Part shown: positions 23,358 to 31,575 of the stretch, piece after piece
Layout: each line of letters starts with the position of its first letter
Position numbering within the stretch: position 1 is the stretch's first letter
Virus record (IMG/VR): IMGVR_UViG_3300032205_000001
Location: 44,218 to 108,217 of that record
Source: a virus
Lineage: Duplodnaviria; Heunggongvirae; Uroviricota; Caudoviricetes
Reading direction: 5' to 3' (one strand)
DNA: 64,000 nt
Translations under genes and position numbers: made by a program
The notes under the pieces: model-generated
Seen by the model: only the letters and a program-made list of their open reading frames with translations
Database searches by the model: none
What the model was told of the DNA's origin: nothing

Positions 23358-23470
23358 AGAAGCCAAAGAAGCGCCGGGTCATGTGCTTCAGCTGCGGCAA
23401 GCGGCGCATCAAGTATGTTGACGGCCTCTGTGTGACCTGCCACAAGATCGCAATCTCGGTCTATCCGTAA
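23349..23470 (+). CDS. tiny zinc-ribbon protein (40 aa, GTG start?)
   Basis: CFSCG...CVTCH; in frame with track ORF 23189..23470. Confidence 0.25.
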
Positions 23471-23658
23471 TGTTTGGCGACCCAGTCGAGAATCTTCAAT
23501 ACGACCTCGCAGCTGCGCGGACGGAAGTGGAGAAGTTGCGTCGACTCGTTCACGAGGCCTGCAAGCTGGCGTTCGAGCACGGCGGAGCCAGGTGTGATCC
23601 TCACATCGCCCGCATCCTTCGCGAAGCCGGGCTCATGCATTCAGGAGAACGTATATGA
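23470..23658 (+). CDS. hypothetical protein (62 aa)
   Basis: ORF track. Confidence 0.4.
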   Translation: MFGDPVENLQYDLAAARTEVEKLRRLVHEACKLAFEHGGARCDPHIARILREAGLMHSGERI

Positions 23659-23948
23659 TCACTGCAAATCTGAAAAGAATTGTTCCGCTCGAACCAAACG
23701 CCCAGCTCGATATCAAGACGCAGGACGGTGAGGCCAAATCGTTCGACGTCATTGAATTCCAGCCTGGACCCAGCAAGCGCTACATGGTCTCGATCGAAGT
23801 CGGCAACATGCCACCGAAAGAGGCCGTTTCGTATCTGAACAAGATGCGCGAGCATCTCAAGAACTTCTTCCCTGAGGGAACGCTTCTGGTGTCTCCAATG
23901 CGAAATGGCCATCCGACGGCCGGCATCTACGAGATCGACATCCAATGA
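23655..23948 (+). CDS. hypothetical protein (97 aa)
   Basis: ORF track. Confidence 0.45.
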   Translation: MITANLKRIVPLEPNAQLDIKTQDGEAKSFDVIEFQPGPSKRYMVSIEVGNMPPKEAVSYLNKMREHLKNFFPEGTLLVSPMRNGHPTAGIYEIDIQ

Positions 23949-24172
23949 GCGAGAAGCTCGTTGCGTGCCCATCATGCTCAGGCGAGGGCTGCGAGGGTCA
24001 CGCTATCGCTTCAGATCCTGAAGGAAGGTGCGACGGTGGCGGCGAGGTGACCGAGAAGCGACGAATCGAAATCATTGCCTGGCACAATTCCGATGCTTAC
24101 AAAGAGCGGTGGCATAGGCGTGATCTTGGTCTTGATGATGAAAACGACTGGGACCCCATGGAGTGCGACTAA
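23945..24172 (+). CDS. hypothetical protein (75 aa, CPSCSGEGCEG)
   Basis: ORF track. Confidence 0.4.
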   Translation: MSEKLVACPSCSGEGCEGHAIASDPEGRCDGGGEVTEKRRIEIIAWHNSDAYKERWHRRDLGLDDENDWDPMECD

Positions 24173-24402
24173 TGACCGTCGAAGAAGCAATTGCCCTGGC
24201 ATCTGAGACGATTCGCAACAAGAAGTGCGACTGCCTTGACTGCCAAGCCATCAAGCTCCTCATGAACGAAATTTGGAACCTTAACGAAAAGGTTCGTATC
24301 GCAGAATCCGTTCGGGACGATGCTCGTTCCGCTAGCCAGAGATACCTGGACGAAAAACGTGCGCTCGCTGCGGAGCTGAACGAGCTGCGCAGCAAAAGCT
24401 AG
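24172..24402 (+). CDS. hypothetical protein (76 aa)
   Basis: In frame with track ORF 24163..24402. Confidence 0.4.
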   Translation: MTVEEAIALASETIRNKKCDCLDCQAIKLLMNEIWNLNEKVRIAESVRDDARSASQRYLDEKRALAAELNELRSKS

Positions 24403-24446
24403 CCAATTCGGTGAGGCGCCGCTAATATGCGCGGCGGAGGTGGATT

Positions 24447-24680
24447 ATGGGGCTGTATCCAAGGCTTTGGACGTACAGAACAATCACAGACCATGTCGTG
24501 GCCGGTCAAAGGTTCCGCATTGAAGAGGCGATGAACCAGCACGGCGTGGGCGGCTATGGCTACGAGCACTTCGTCGATGAGGTTGAGGTGACGCCTGGCG
24601 TGTTCGAGCGAGCGCTGCAGCTGGCGAAGCTCAAAATCGAGGAGCAGGCTGTCAGGGAACCGAAGCGAAAGGTTGCTTGA
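24447..24680 (+). CDS. hypothetical protein (77 aa)
   Basis: ORF track. Confidence 0.4.
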   Translation: MGLYPRLWTYRTITDHVVAGQRFRIEEAMNQHGVGGYGYEHFVDEVEVTPGVFERALQLAKLKIEEQAVREPKRKVA

Positions 24681-24716
24681 GGTTGATAATAGAGCCAGGC
24701 GTTGATAGAGGGCCTC

Positions 24717-25055
24717 ATGCCGAAATACCGCAAGAAGCCAGTCGTGATCGACGCAATTCAGTGGACCGGGATCAACGTCCAGGAGATGTTGAAGTGGTTT
24801 GCTCATGTCTCATCGGCGGAAGATCCTGCCAAGCTGGCGTCCGAGGATGGCGCCGCTGAGCTGGTCGTCGAGATGGAAGTCGCCAAGTGCAAGGTGACGT
24901 TCGACATGACGAAGAAACCGGCCATCCAGCTACTGATCAAAACGCTGGAGGGAACCCACGAAGCCTCGCATGGCGACTTCGTGATTTGCGGTGTCCAGGG
25001 CGAGATTTATCCCTGTAAACCGGACATCTTCGAGAAGACGTACGAGCCGGCGTGA
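24717..25055 (+). CDS. conserved phage protein (KKPVVIDAIQW motif, 112 aa)
   Basis: In frame with track ORF 24702; ATG 24717 chosen. Confidence 0.45.
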   Translation: MPKYRKKPVVIDAIQWTGINVQEMLKWFAHVSSAEDPAKLASEDGAAELVVEMEVAKCKVTFDMTKKPAIQLLIKTLEGTHEASHGDFVICGVQGEIYPCKPDIFEKTYEPA

Positions 25056-25086
25056 AATTCTGCCCTGCCTAGTCTGTAGGTAGGGC

Positions 25087-25377
25087 ATGGAACTAGAGCC
25101 GCGCGAACACGACAACGTCACCGACAAGAGCACGCAAGTGCTTGCGCCATTCGGCACCGACCAGCCGAACAGCGTCATGTTCGTGTGGGAATTCTACGAG
25201 GCTCCCAAGCACGTCCGTGAGCACTCCACGCACGGCGGCGACGAGGACGGCGTTATCTGGATTCCCACAGGTGTCCATCAGCCGTACTGGCTGGAGCGCC
25301 TTTGGATGACCTTTGGCCCTGGCCAGGACTTCATCCAGTTCAAGGACGGCCTTCTGATTATCTGGGCTCACGCGTGA
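25087..25377 (+). CDS. hypothetical protein (96 aa)
   Basis: ORF track. Confidence 0.45.
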   Translation: MELEPREHDNVTDKSTQVLAPFGTDQPNSVMFVWEFYEAPKHVREHSTHGGDEDGVIWIPTGVHQPYWLERLWMTFGPGQDFIQFKDGLLIIWAHA

Positions 25378-25634
25378 GCGACTTCCGCATCAAGGTGGAC
25401 TTCGTGCGTGGGTGGGCCGCAATGACGCTCCCAGAGCGATACCAGGACGTCGTGGGGCCTACCTATATCACGGCCGACGAGTTCATGCGGCTCGCCTACG
25501 ACTACGACGCGGCGATCATGCACCACCCGCAGACCCAGCCTACGCGGAAGGAGCGTGGTCAGGGTGCGCAGCCGGTTCCTGACAAGATCGGTCTCTGGCT
25601 TGACGTCAAGGGTAAGCACTTCAGCCAGAGATGA
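25374..25634 (+). CDS. hypothetical protein (86 aa, GTG start)
   Basis: In frame with track ORF 25302..25634; GTGA overlap. Confidence 0.35.
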   Translation: MSDFRIKVDFVRGWAAMTLPERYQDVVGPTYITADEFMRLAYDYDAAIMHHPQTQPTRKERGQGAQPVPDKIGLWLDVKGKHFSQR

Positions 25635-25749
25635 TCATGTCGAGAATTCTCATCAGTCCGAAGATCACGAACGCTACAGCCAGGAACAATCCAATAGCTA
25701 TCGGCACGACGAGAAAGAAGTCGAATTTGGTCCGCTTTGGTTTTTCCAT
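25621..25749 (-). CDS. minus-strand micro-protein (42 aa, single transmembrane helix)
   Basis: Manual ORF: AGGAG-N6-ATG then MEKPKRTKFDFFLVVPIAIGLFLAVAFVIFGLMRILDMIISG; it is the only leftward gene inside the rightward operon. Confidence 0.4.
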   Translation of the reverse strand: MEKPKRTKFDFFLVVPIAIGLFLAVAFVIFGLMRILDMIISG

Positions 25750-25827
25750 GGAATTCTCCTATCGGCGTGAGCGACATCGAGAACATCCAGGTTCGGAAAT
25801 CCTAGCCGTCTAAGAGGACACGCGCAA

Positions 25828-26226
25828 ATGACCCACGAAGAGGCACTCAATCAGCTGAATACGCTCAAGGAAGCACTTCTTGAGGCACACAAGGTGGAGA
25901 TCTCAAAGCACCGCTGTGAGTTCCATATCCCCACAAGCGATCCAACGATCTCCCCAAAAGACCTTCCGACGTGTCGGTGTACCGTCACCTGCATTGGCGA
26001 GACGCCAAACAAGCGCAACCAGTACTGGCTGTGCGAGGAGCACGGCAAGGAGTGGACGGAGCTGTGCAAAGACACCGAAGGCGTCAAGCCAGGTCGCGAG
26101 GGTCGAGTCATCGAGCCCTGGACCCGTTTCATCTCTATCCTCTCAGAAATAGACGATACTCTTGTCTTTGACAATGGCGCCGTCACCCGTAAGGATGCGA
26201 CTGAATGCGCGACGCCTTCGACCTAA
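25828..26226 (+). CDS. hypothetical protein (132 aa)
   Basis: ORF track. Confidence 0.45.
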   Translation: MTHEEALNQLNTLKEALLEAHKVEISKHRCEFHIPTSDPTISPKDLPTCRCTVTCIGETPNKRNQYWLCEEHGKEWTELCKDTEGVKPGREGRVIEPWTRFISILSEIDDTLVFDNGAVTRKDATECATPST

Positions 26227-26528
26227 TGGAACCCCGCAAGATTGCCGATGAGGTCTCTCACGGCAAGCTGCGCGTTGGCCGTCGTGACCTGACGTTGCTG
26301 GCGGAAGGATTCCAGCTCTGTGACAAGCTGCGATCGGAAGCCGTCCAGCAGGTTCAGGACATCGAGCTGTGGTTCCGTGAGGGGAATGTCGCCGCCGAGA
26401 TGGAGAAGTCTTCGATTTCACCGTACGGGGAAGGCACGCTTGCGAACCACTGGTGGACGCGCGGCTACTCGTACGTCATCCGTTTGATGCGAGCGCATGT
26501 ATCAGAGGCTGCGCTCAAGGGGAAGTGA
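26205..26528 (+). CDS. hypothetical protein (107 aa)
   Basis: ORF track. Confidence 0.4.
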   Translation: MRDAFDLMEPRKIADEVSHGKLRVGRRDLTLLAEGFQLCDKLRSEAVQQVQDIELWFREGNVAAEMEKSSISPYGEGTLANHWWTRGYSYVIRLMRAHVSEAALKGK

Positions 26529-26923
26529 TGGAGGATTCAGCTCTAGCGTTTTGCAACAAGTGCGGAATGGGCCTTCGCTGCGAGGGCTGTTCGTCGATGG
26601 CGAAGGAGCTTGGGCTTGCCAAGGCTCACATCGAGGAGATGTCCGGTCATATGCGAAGCGTCGAAAAAGAGCGAGACCTCGCTATCGCCCACGACCGACA
26701 GCCGTATCCTACCGCTGCAGCCTACGAGGCGGTTTGTCTGGCCAACGAGGCGAAGGACAAAGAACTGATCAAGTCGCACAACAGCCTAGCCAGGGCTGTG
26801 AACCAGCGTGCCCATCTTATCCAGGCGCTGAGGAATATTTTGAAGAGCACAGGTGGCACTTGGCGCGAAATTGCGCGTGACACGCTTGATGCTCTCGAAG
26901 CCGAGATGAAAGCGAAGGATTAA
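26528..26923 (+). CDS. hypothetical protein (131 aa)
   Basis: In frame with track ORF 26453..26923. Confidence 0.4.
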   Translation: MEDSALAFCNKCGMGLRCEGCSSMAKELGLAKAHIEEMSGHMRSVEKERDLAIAHDRQPYPTAAAYEAVCLANEAKDKELIKSHNSLARAVNQRAHLIQALRNILKSTGGTWREIARDTLDALEAEMKAKD

Positions 26924-26925
26924 AG

Positions 26926-27396
26926 ATGGGCGTTTCGACTGATGCAATGTTGTTCTACGGATACTGCTGGGACGAGGAGACGAACACCCCGTGGACGATC
27001 GGCAGGGATGACGAAGACGATGAAGCTTCGGGTTCCGATGACGAAGAAGACTGGGAGGAGCGCTACGCACGTCTCAAAGGCGGCTTGGTGAAGCCGGACA
27101 CGGGTGACGGGTACGATCAGAAGGCGTACAGCGACTACCTGAACAAGAAGATGGAAATCGTCAAGGACTGCCCATGCGAGGTCGGAACGCATTGCCACAG
27201 CGATGCGCCGATGCCGTATGTCTGCATCAAGGCAACGTATACCTGCAATTCGCGCGGCGATATGACGCGCTTGAATCCAGCAGATTTCGAAGTCGACGAA
27301 GACTGGGATATCAAGCTGAAGCAATTCTGCAAGCTGATGGGAATCACGCCGCCGGCCGAAGGGCCTGGCTGGTACATGGTCAGCTACTGGGGATAA
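26926..27396 (+). CDS. acidic hypothetical protein (156 aa)
   Basis: ORF track. Confidence 0.45.
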   Translation: MGVSTDAMLFYGYCWDEETNTPWTIGRDDEDDEASGSDDEEDWEERYARLKGGLVKPDTGDGYDQKAYSDYLNKKMEIVKDCPCEVGTHCHSDAPMPYVCIKATYTCNSRGDMTRLNPADFEVDEDWDIKLKQFCKLMGITPPAEGPGWYMVSYWG

Positions 27397-27398
27397 TC

Positions 27399-27554
27399 AT
27401 GGCGAAGAAGTTCAAGCTAGATCGCGCAGCCGTTGAGGCTGCCAAAGAGATGGTCAGGATGCCGAACACGAACTGGGACGAGCCCAGGCGGCGTGACGAG
27501 GTTCTGGCCGTAGCTCGGAATTACCTGGCGCTGATCGAGTCGCTCAAGAGCTAG
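27399..27554 (+). CDS. hypothetical protein (51 aa)
   Basis: Manual ORF MAKKFKLDRAAVEAAKEM... Confidence 0.3.
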   Translation: MAKKFKLDRAAVEAAKEMVRMPNTNWDEPRRRDEVLAVARNYLALIESLKS

Positions 27555-27736
27555 CGCAGCAGCGGCCCGGAGTATCCAAGCGCCTTCATCAGGTCGCTCA
27601 CGATCCCACTGAAGGCGAGATCGAAGTTGCACCAGTCTCGCTTCATGTACTCGCCGTCCTTTGCCTGGCCCCACAGCTTGTGCATCAGGTTGTGGGCGTT
27701 CTTGTAAGCTGCTAGGATTTCATCTGTATTGTTCAT
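27551..27736 (-). CDS. minus-strand small protein (61 aa)
   Basis: ORF track; start faces the AT-rich palindrome CATGTAG-N9-CTACATG at 27734-27760. Confidence 0.4.
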   Translation of the reverse strand: MNNTDEILAAYKNAHNLMHKLWGQAKDGEYMKRDWCNFDLAFSGIVSDLMKALGYSGPLLR

Positions 27737-27770
27737 GTAGGATATATACTACATGTAGGTGTTGAAGTCA

Positions 27771-27953
27771 ATGTCCGATTACACTAGCGAATTTTTTGCC
27801 CGGCTGCGCAAGGCATTGGAGGATGTTCGCGAGGAGTGCCGGCGACGTGGATGGGCGGATTACATTTACACGCCCTACGTTCCGCTGGTAATTACCCAGG
27901 TGTTCGATGAGCGAAAAGAAGAGAGAGATCGTCTGCCATCTGATCAAGGCTGA
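27771..27953 (+). CDS. hypothetical protein (60 aa)
   Basis: In frame with track ORF 27759. Confidence 0.35.
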   Translation: MSDYTSEFFARLRKALEDVREECRRRGWADYIYTPYVPLVITQVFDERKEERDRLPSDQG

Positions 27954-28314
27954 CGTACCGACGCAGAACGGTCGCATCTACTCCCAGCACGCCCTGGAAA
28001 AGATGGCCTACGAATCGAACAAAGCTTCCAAGCGAGGCACGAATTTCGTGGTGAAGGACTGCCCGCCCGATGGGAGAGTCCTTCTTGCGAACGTGGTTGG
28101 GAAAGTTCACGAAACTACGGTCCGAGACGGACAGCTCGTGTGTCAGGTCGAGATGCTCGATACTCCAGTCGGCAAGGAAATCAAAAGAGCGATGCTTTGG
28201 GAGACGGCGTCGATTGAGCCAGTCGCCTACGGTACGGTTAAAGATGGCAGGGTCGTCGAAGAAGACCTGAAGATTGTCGGATTTAGCTTCGTTTACAATA
28301 AGCCGGAAAAGTAG
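27907..28314 (+). CDS. hypothetical protein (135 aa)
   Basis: ORF track. Confidence 0.45.
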   Translation: MSEKKREIVCHLIKADVPTQNGRIYSQHALEKMAYESNKASKRGTNFVVKDCPPDGRVLLANVVGKVHETTVRDGQLVCQVEMLDTPVGKEIKRAMLWETASIEPVAYGTVKDGRVVEEDLKIVGFSFVYNKPEK

Positions 28315-28337
28315 GACGGTGCGCCTGTAGATAGGTC

Positions 28338-28583
28338 ATGAGAGCAGACCTCCAGGCGCAAATCGATGCCACCAAGAATCTCGTGCGGCGCGCAGTTCAG
28401 GCTGCCACCGACGGCATGATTCACGCTTTTCTGTGGGGCACCGTCGAGGTGAAGCTCAAGAACAAGAAGAGCAAGTACTACCGTTGCCACTTCGGTAGCG
28501 TGCGTGTTCGCGACCTGAACGAGGTCATGAAGCTCGCTGGCTCGGTTCCAGGCGTCTCGCAGGTCTACTACAACCTGGACTGA
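28338..28583 (+). CDS. hypothetical protein (81 aa)
   Basis: ORF track. Confidence 0.4.
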   Translation: MRADLQAQIDATKNLVRRAVQAATDGMIHAFLWGTVEVKLKNKKSKYYRCHFGSVRVRDLNEVMKLAGSVPGVSQVYYNLD

Positions 28584-28586
28584 GAG

Positions 28587-28772
28587 ATGGTCGTCCACAA
28601 AGGTAATCCGCCCAAGTGCCCTACGTGGAACATCTGCCACTGCCTCGTGGTCGAGGAGACCAATTTCTTCCAGTGCTGCGGGCATTACCACACGGCCTGT
28701 CGTGGTCGCGTGAACGACGAGCGCAAGTACAAGGACCCGAAACTAAAAGTCCACTGGGACAACCACGTCTGA
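28587..28772 (+). CDS. Cys/His-rich small protein (61 aa)
   Basis: ORF track. Confidence 0.4.
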   Translation: MVVHKGNPPKCPTWNICHCLVVEETNFFQCCGHYHTACRGRVNDERKYKDPKLKVHWDNHV

Positions 28773-28779
28773 GGAGAAT

Positions 28780-29025
28780 ATGACTGACCGCATCCGGCAT
28801 CTAACCGTCGTGCTTGACCGTGATTATCGAGACGACGACCTCCAGGAGATCATCTCGGCCATCAAGCACATTCGCCCCGTCGCGTCTGTGAAGGCACACG
28901 TCGTAGAAGGCGGGGACATCATCGCCCGTGAGGTCGCCAGATCGGAGATGGAATTGAGGCTATATGAGGCCATCAGGGAAGTCTTTGATGACGTCAAGAA
29001 CGGGAAGAAGAAGCGAGAACGATAA
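28780..29025 (+). CDS. hypothetical protein (81 aa)
   Basis: ORF track. Confidence 0.4.
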   Translation: MTDRIRHLTVVLDRDYRDDDLQEIISAIKHIRPVASVKAHVVEGGDIIAREVARSEMELRLYEAIREVFDDVKNGKKKRER

Positions 29026-29261
29026 TGGGTTGCTCCGTCTGCAGAGGCCACGCGCACCAGGTCTGTAGCGCACCTGGCTGCCATGACGAAAACGAAGACC
29101 TCCGGGCGGAGGAGCGGGAGTCGATGCGGCTTTCGAACATGTGGCAGCGCTTGCCGAACATCATCGCCTGCACCAAGTGTCGGGTGAAGCCGGCGCTTTA
29201 CTATAACGGCTTTGGCGGGTATCGCTGTGATACATGCCCTCGCGACGGAAGCTATGACTAA
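29025..29261 (+). CDS. zinc-ribbon protein (78 aa)
   Basis: ORF track; CSVCRGH..CTKCR..CDTC. Confidence 0.4.
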   Translation: MGCSVCRGHAHQVCSAPGCHDENEDLRAEERESMRLSNMWQRLPNIIACTKCRVKPALYYNGFGGYRCDTCPRDGSYD

Positions 29262-29754
29262 GCTGTCGGCGCTTCTTGCGTGGCGCCAGAGATTGCTCCC
29301 CAACGGTCTGAACGGAAGTGAGTCGAGCTTCGCCAAGCAGCTCGCCAACCATCTGTCCGTCGAGAACGTAGAGAAGGCAGGAATCAAGGTTCCCAAGCAG
29401 CTCTACGAAGTACTCGTGGCGTTCAGGCATCTTCGGCAGGACGCGAGGGTAGCCGCCATCAGTCGTGCGCTCGATGGGAAGCCGGTCGCCTCCAAAAAGA
29501 AGTCGACAATCATTGCTGTTTGCGGCTATGTGTCCCAGGAATTCGAATCGGTGACAGACGCAAAGGAGTGGGTACGGTATCGCCTGGAACGGGCACTTTA
29601 TCCACGTGGCTTTGTCGTCGAAGGCAAGGTCACCGCCATCGAGAAGAACTTCAAGCAGCCGCTCAAAGGACGCAATGACGGACAAGAACAAAGGCGAAAG
29701 CCCAATGGAAGGTCGATTCAGCGTCGACCTCAGCGAGCTTCGCCGCCCGGTTGA
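29258..29754 (+). CDS. hypothetical protein (about 165 aa)
   Basis: Met16 of track ORF 29212..29754. Confidence 0.4.
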
Positions 29755-29992
29755 CGACATCTTCCCGGGTGCAAATCGCCAGGTCTCTATAGCCACTGCG
29801 CACTGTGTTTCTCCGCCATTCGGCTGCGGAAACCCGATCACCGGGTTCAACGACTCGCTCTCGGCGAAGGAATACAAGATCACCGGCATGTGTCAGGCCT
29901 GCCAGGACAAGATGTTCGCAGAGCCCGAGGAAGGCGAGTTCGACCGATTCCTCGATCCAGACGCTAAAGGCGACACTGGTGGCGAAGCCTGA
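29675..29992 (+). CDS. hypothetical protein (about 105 aa)
   Basis: Internal Met of track ORF 29606..29992. Confidence 0.35.
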   Translation: MTDKNKGESPMEGRFSVDLSELRRPVDDIFPGANRQVSIATAHCVSPPFGCGNPITGFNDSLSAKEYKITGMCQACQDKMFAEPEEGEFDRFLDPDAKGDTGGEA

Positions 29993-30035
29993 GCTGACTG
30001 TCCGCTGGAGCAAACGCGAAAAGGCTTTGATCTAC

Positions 30036-30263
30036 GATGGGTCGAAGCCGACTGGCGGCTGGCTCTCCGGCATTTTCGAGCGCATCACGATAGCCGAGAT
30101 GAACGGCTATCTGTGCAGCCACGAATGCAAGCAGAACGGTCTTATCGCTCGCATTCACCGGCCCGAGGAAAGCGACAAGCGGACGGTAGCTCAAGAGCTA
30201 GACGCCCGTGGTTACGACCTGACGACGCTCAGGTTCTCAATCAGGAAGAAGCAAGATGCCTAA
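30036..30263 (+). CDS. possible protein (start uncertain, TTG?)
   Basis: C-terminal part of track ORF 29805..30263. Confidence 0.25.
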   Translation, partial: DGSKPTGGWLSGIFERITIAEMNGYLCSHECKQNGLIARIHRPEESDKRTVAQELDARGYDLTTLRFSIRKKQDA

Positions 30264-30516
30264 GTACAACGTATGGCAGTCGTACATGGAGCAGTGGGAC
30301 AAGGACAACATTGACCCACCGGATCTGGTCGTTGAAGCGCGAGATCCCTCGGCTGCGGCCATCGAGTTCGCCACCAAGAGACACGTCTCCCCTGGCGATG
30401 CCGCCATGATCGTTCAGGAGGTCGACACCACAAAGTACTTCGAGATCGAACTGGAGCGCGAGTGGGTGGTTGACCAGTACAAGCCAACCACACTCGAAGA
30501 GCTGTGCTCGCCATGA
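30256..30516 (+). CDS. hypothetical protein (86 aa)
   Basis: ORF track. Confidence 0.45.
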   Translation: MPKYNVWQSYMEQWDKDNIDPPDLVVEARDPSAAAIEFATKRHVSPGDAAMIVQEVDTTKYFEIELEREWVVDQYKPTTLEELCSP

Positions 30517-30680
30517 CCTACGACACCTGGGTTCTACAGTTGAAGCTGTACCTGATGCTCAACGGTTTCATGTCGTGGGATGACGCAACCAGGTTTCTGT
30601 CGATGTTCGACCTCAAGAAGACCTGGAGTGGTCACGAGACGGCCAGGAACTTCTTCGACAAGTACGCGAGGGTCTAATGC
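30513..30680 (+). CDS. hypothetical protein (55 aa)
   Basis: Manual ORF MTYDTWVLQLKLYLML... Confidence 0.35.
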
Positions 30681-31015
30681 ACTTCGTTTCAGTATCGGCC
30701 GGCGGCGAAATCTGCTCCATGTGCAACAAGCCGGCAACGCACAAAGTAGGCGAGGAGATCATGCACGACGAACCGTGCATGTCATGCGGCGAGCGGTTCA
30801 TCTCCGATGTGATTGACCCGGACGGCGCAAAGGCCGCTAAGGCGAAGTGCAACAGCTTCTTTCACATCAGCGGCCCACACGCTCAGCGTCACAACCTGAC
30901 TGCCTACGTCTGCTGCGGATGCTTTACTAAGATTTTGGGACCAGCCACTGGCTGTCCCTCGGAACCAACAACCCCGACTGTTCAAGCACCCTGGAGACCA
31001 AATGACGCTCAATAA
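30677..31015 (+). CDS. Cys-rich hypothetical protein (112 aa)
   Basis: ORF track. Confidence 0.45.
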   Translation: MHFVSVSAGGEICSMCNKPATHKVGEEIMHDEPCMSCGERFISDVIDPDGAKAAKAKCNSFFHISGPHAQRHNLTAYVCCGCFTKILGPATGCPSEPTTPTVQAPWRPNDAQ

Positions 31016-31223
31016 GGATAAGGCAGTGTTCTGGCTCAACCGCAGAATTCGTGAGCTGGAAGCGAAAACGTCCCCGCCCGATCAGGAGGAAATGGCGAGG
31101 TCCGGGCTCTCCTACGCGGACCGCCAAACCCTGATGGAGAAGAAGGCGAAGGAAAGCGAGAACGTTCATGGCGAACTATCGAGCCTTCGCGAGGTTGTGA
31201 ACTTCATCAATGAGAAGGCCTAG
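31002..31223 (+). CDS. hypothetical protein (73 aa)
   Basis: ORF track. Confidence 0.4.
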   Translation: MTLNKDKAVFWLNRRIRELEAKTSPPDQEEMARSGLSYADRQTLMEKKAKESENVHGELSSLREVVNFINEKA

Positions 31224-31284
31224 TTCAGGGCCATTGACAGTGGCTGCGTAGTCCCTACGTTGGCCGCGCATTGAGGGTGAAGCG

Positions 31285-31575
31285 TTGCTAGGCATTGATA
31301 TCGCCGTTGGCCTCGCTGTGGTGAGCTTCGTGGCAGTTGGGATTTCCATTATCCGCGCTGCGAGGAAAAAACAGCAAGCGTCTGATCCAGACGCCCAGGC
31401 GAAGTCTGCCCGAAATCAGGGCGCTGAGAATCTCCACCGCATGGAAATCAAAGAGAAGATGCGGTGTGTAAGCTGTGAGGAATTCGTCGATCCTAAGACG
31501 GATTTGTTTGTAAATGGACGGACGTGGTGGCACGAGAGCTGTTACAGAAAGCACGTAATAGGAGATCTAAAATGA
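31285..31575 (+). CDS. membrane protein with C-terminal Cys cluster (96 aa, TTG start)
   Basis: ORF track; hydrophobic N-terminus; overlaps the SPFH gene start (ATGA). Confidence 0.4.
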   Translation: MLGIDIAVGLAVVSFVAVGISIIRAARKKQQASDPDAQAKSARNQGAENLHRMEIKEKMRCVSCEEFVDPKTDLFVNGRTWWHESCYRKHVIGDLK

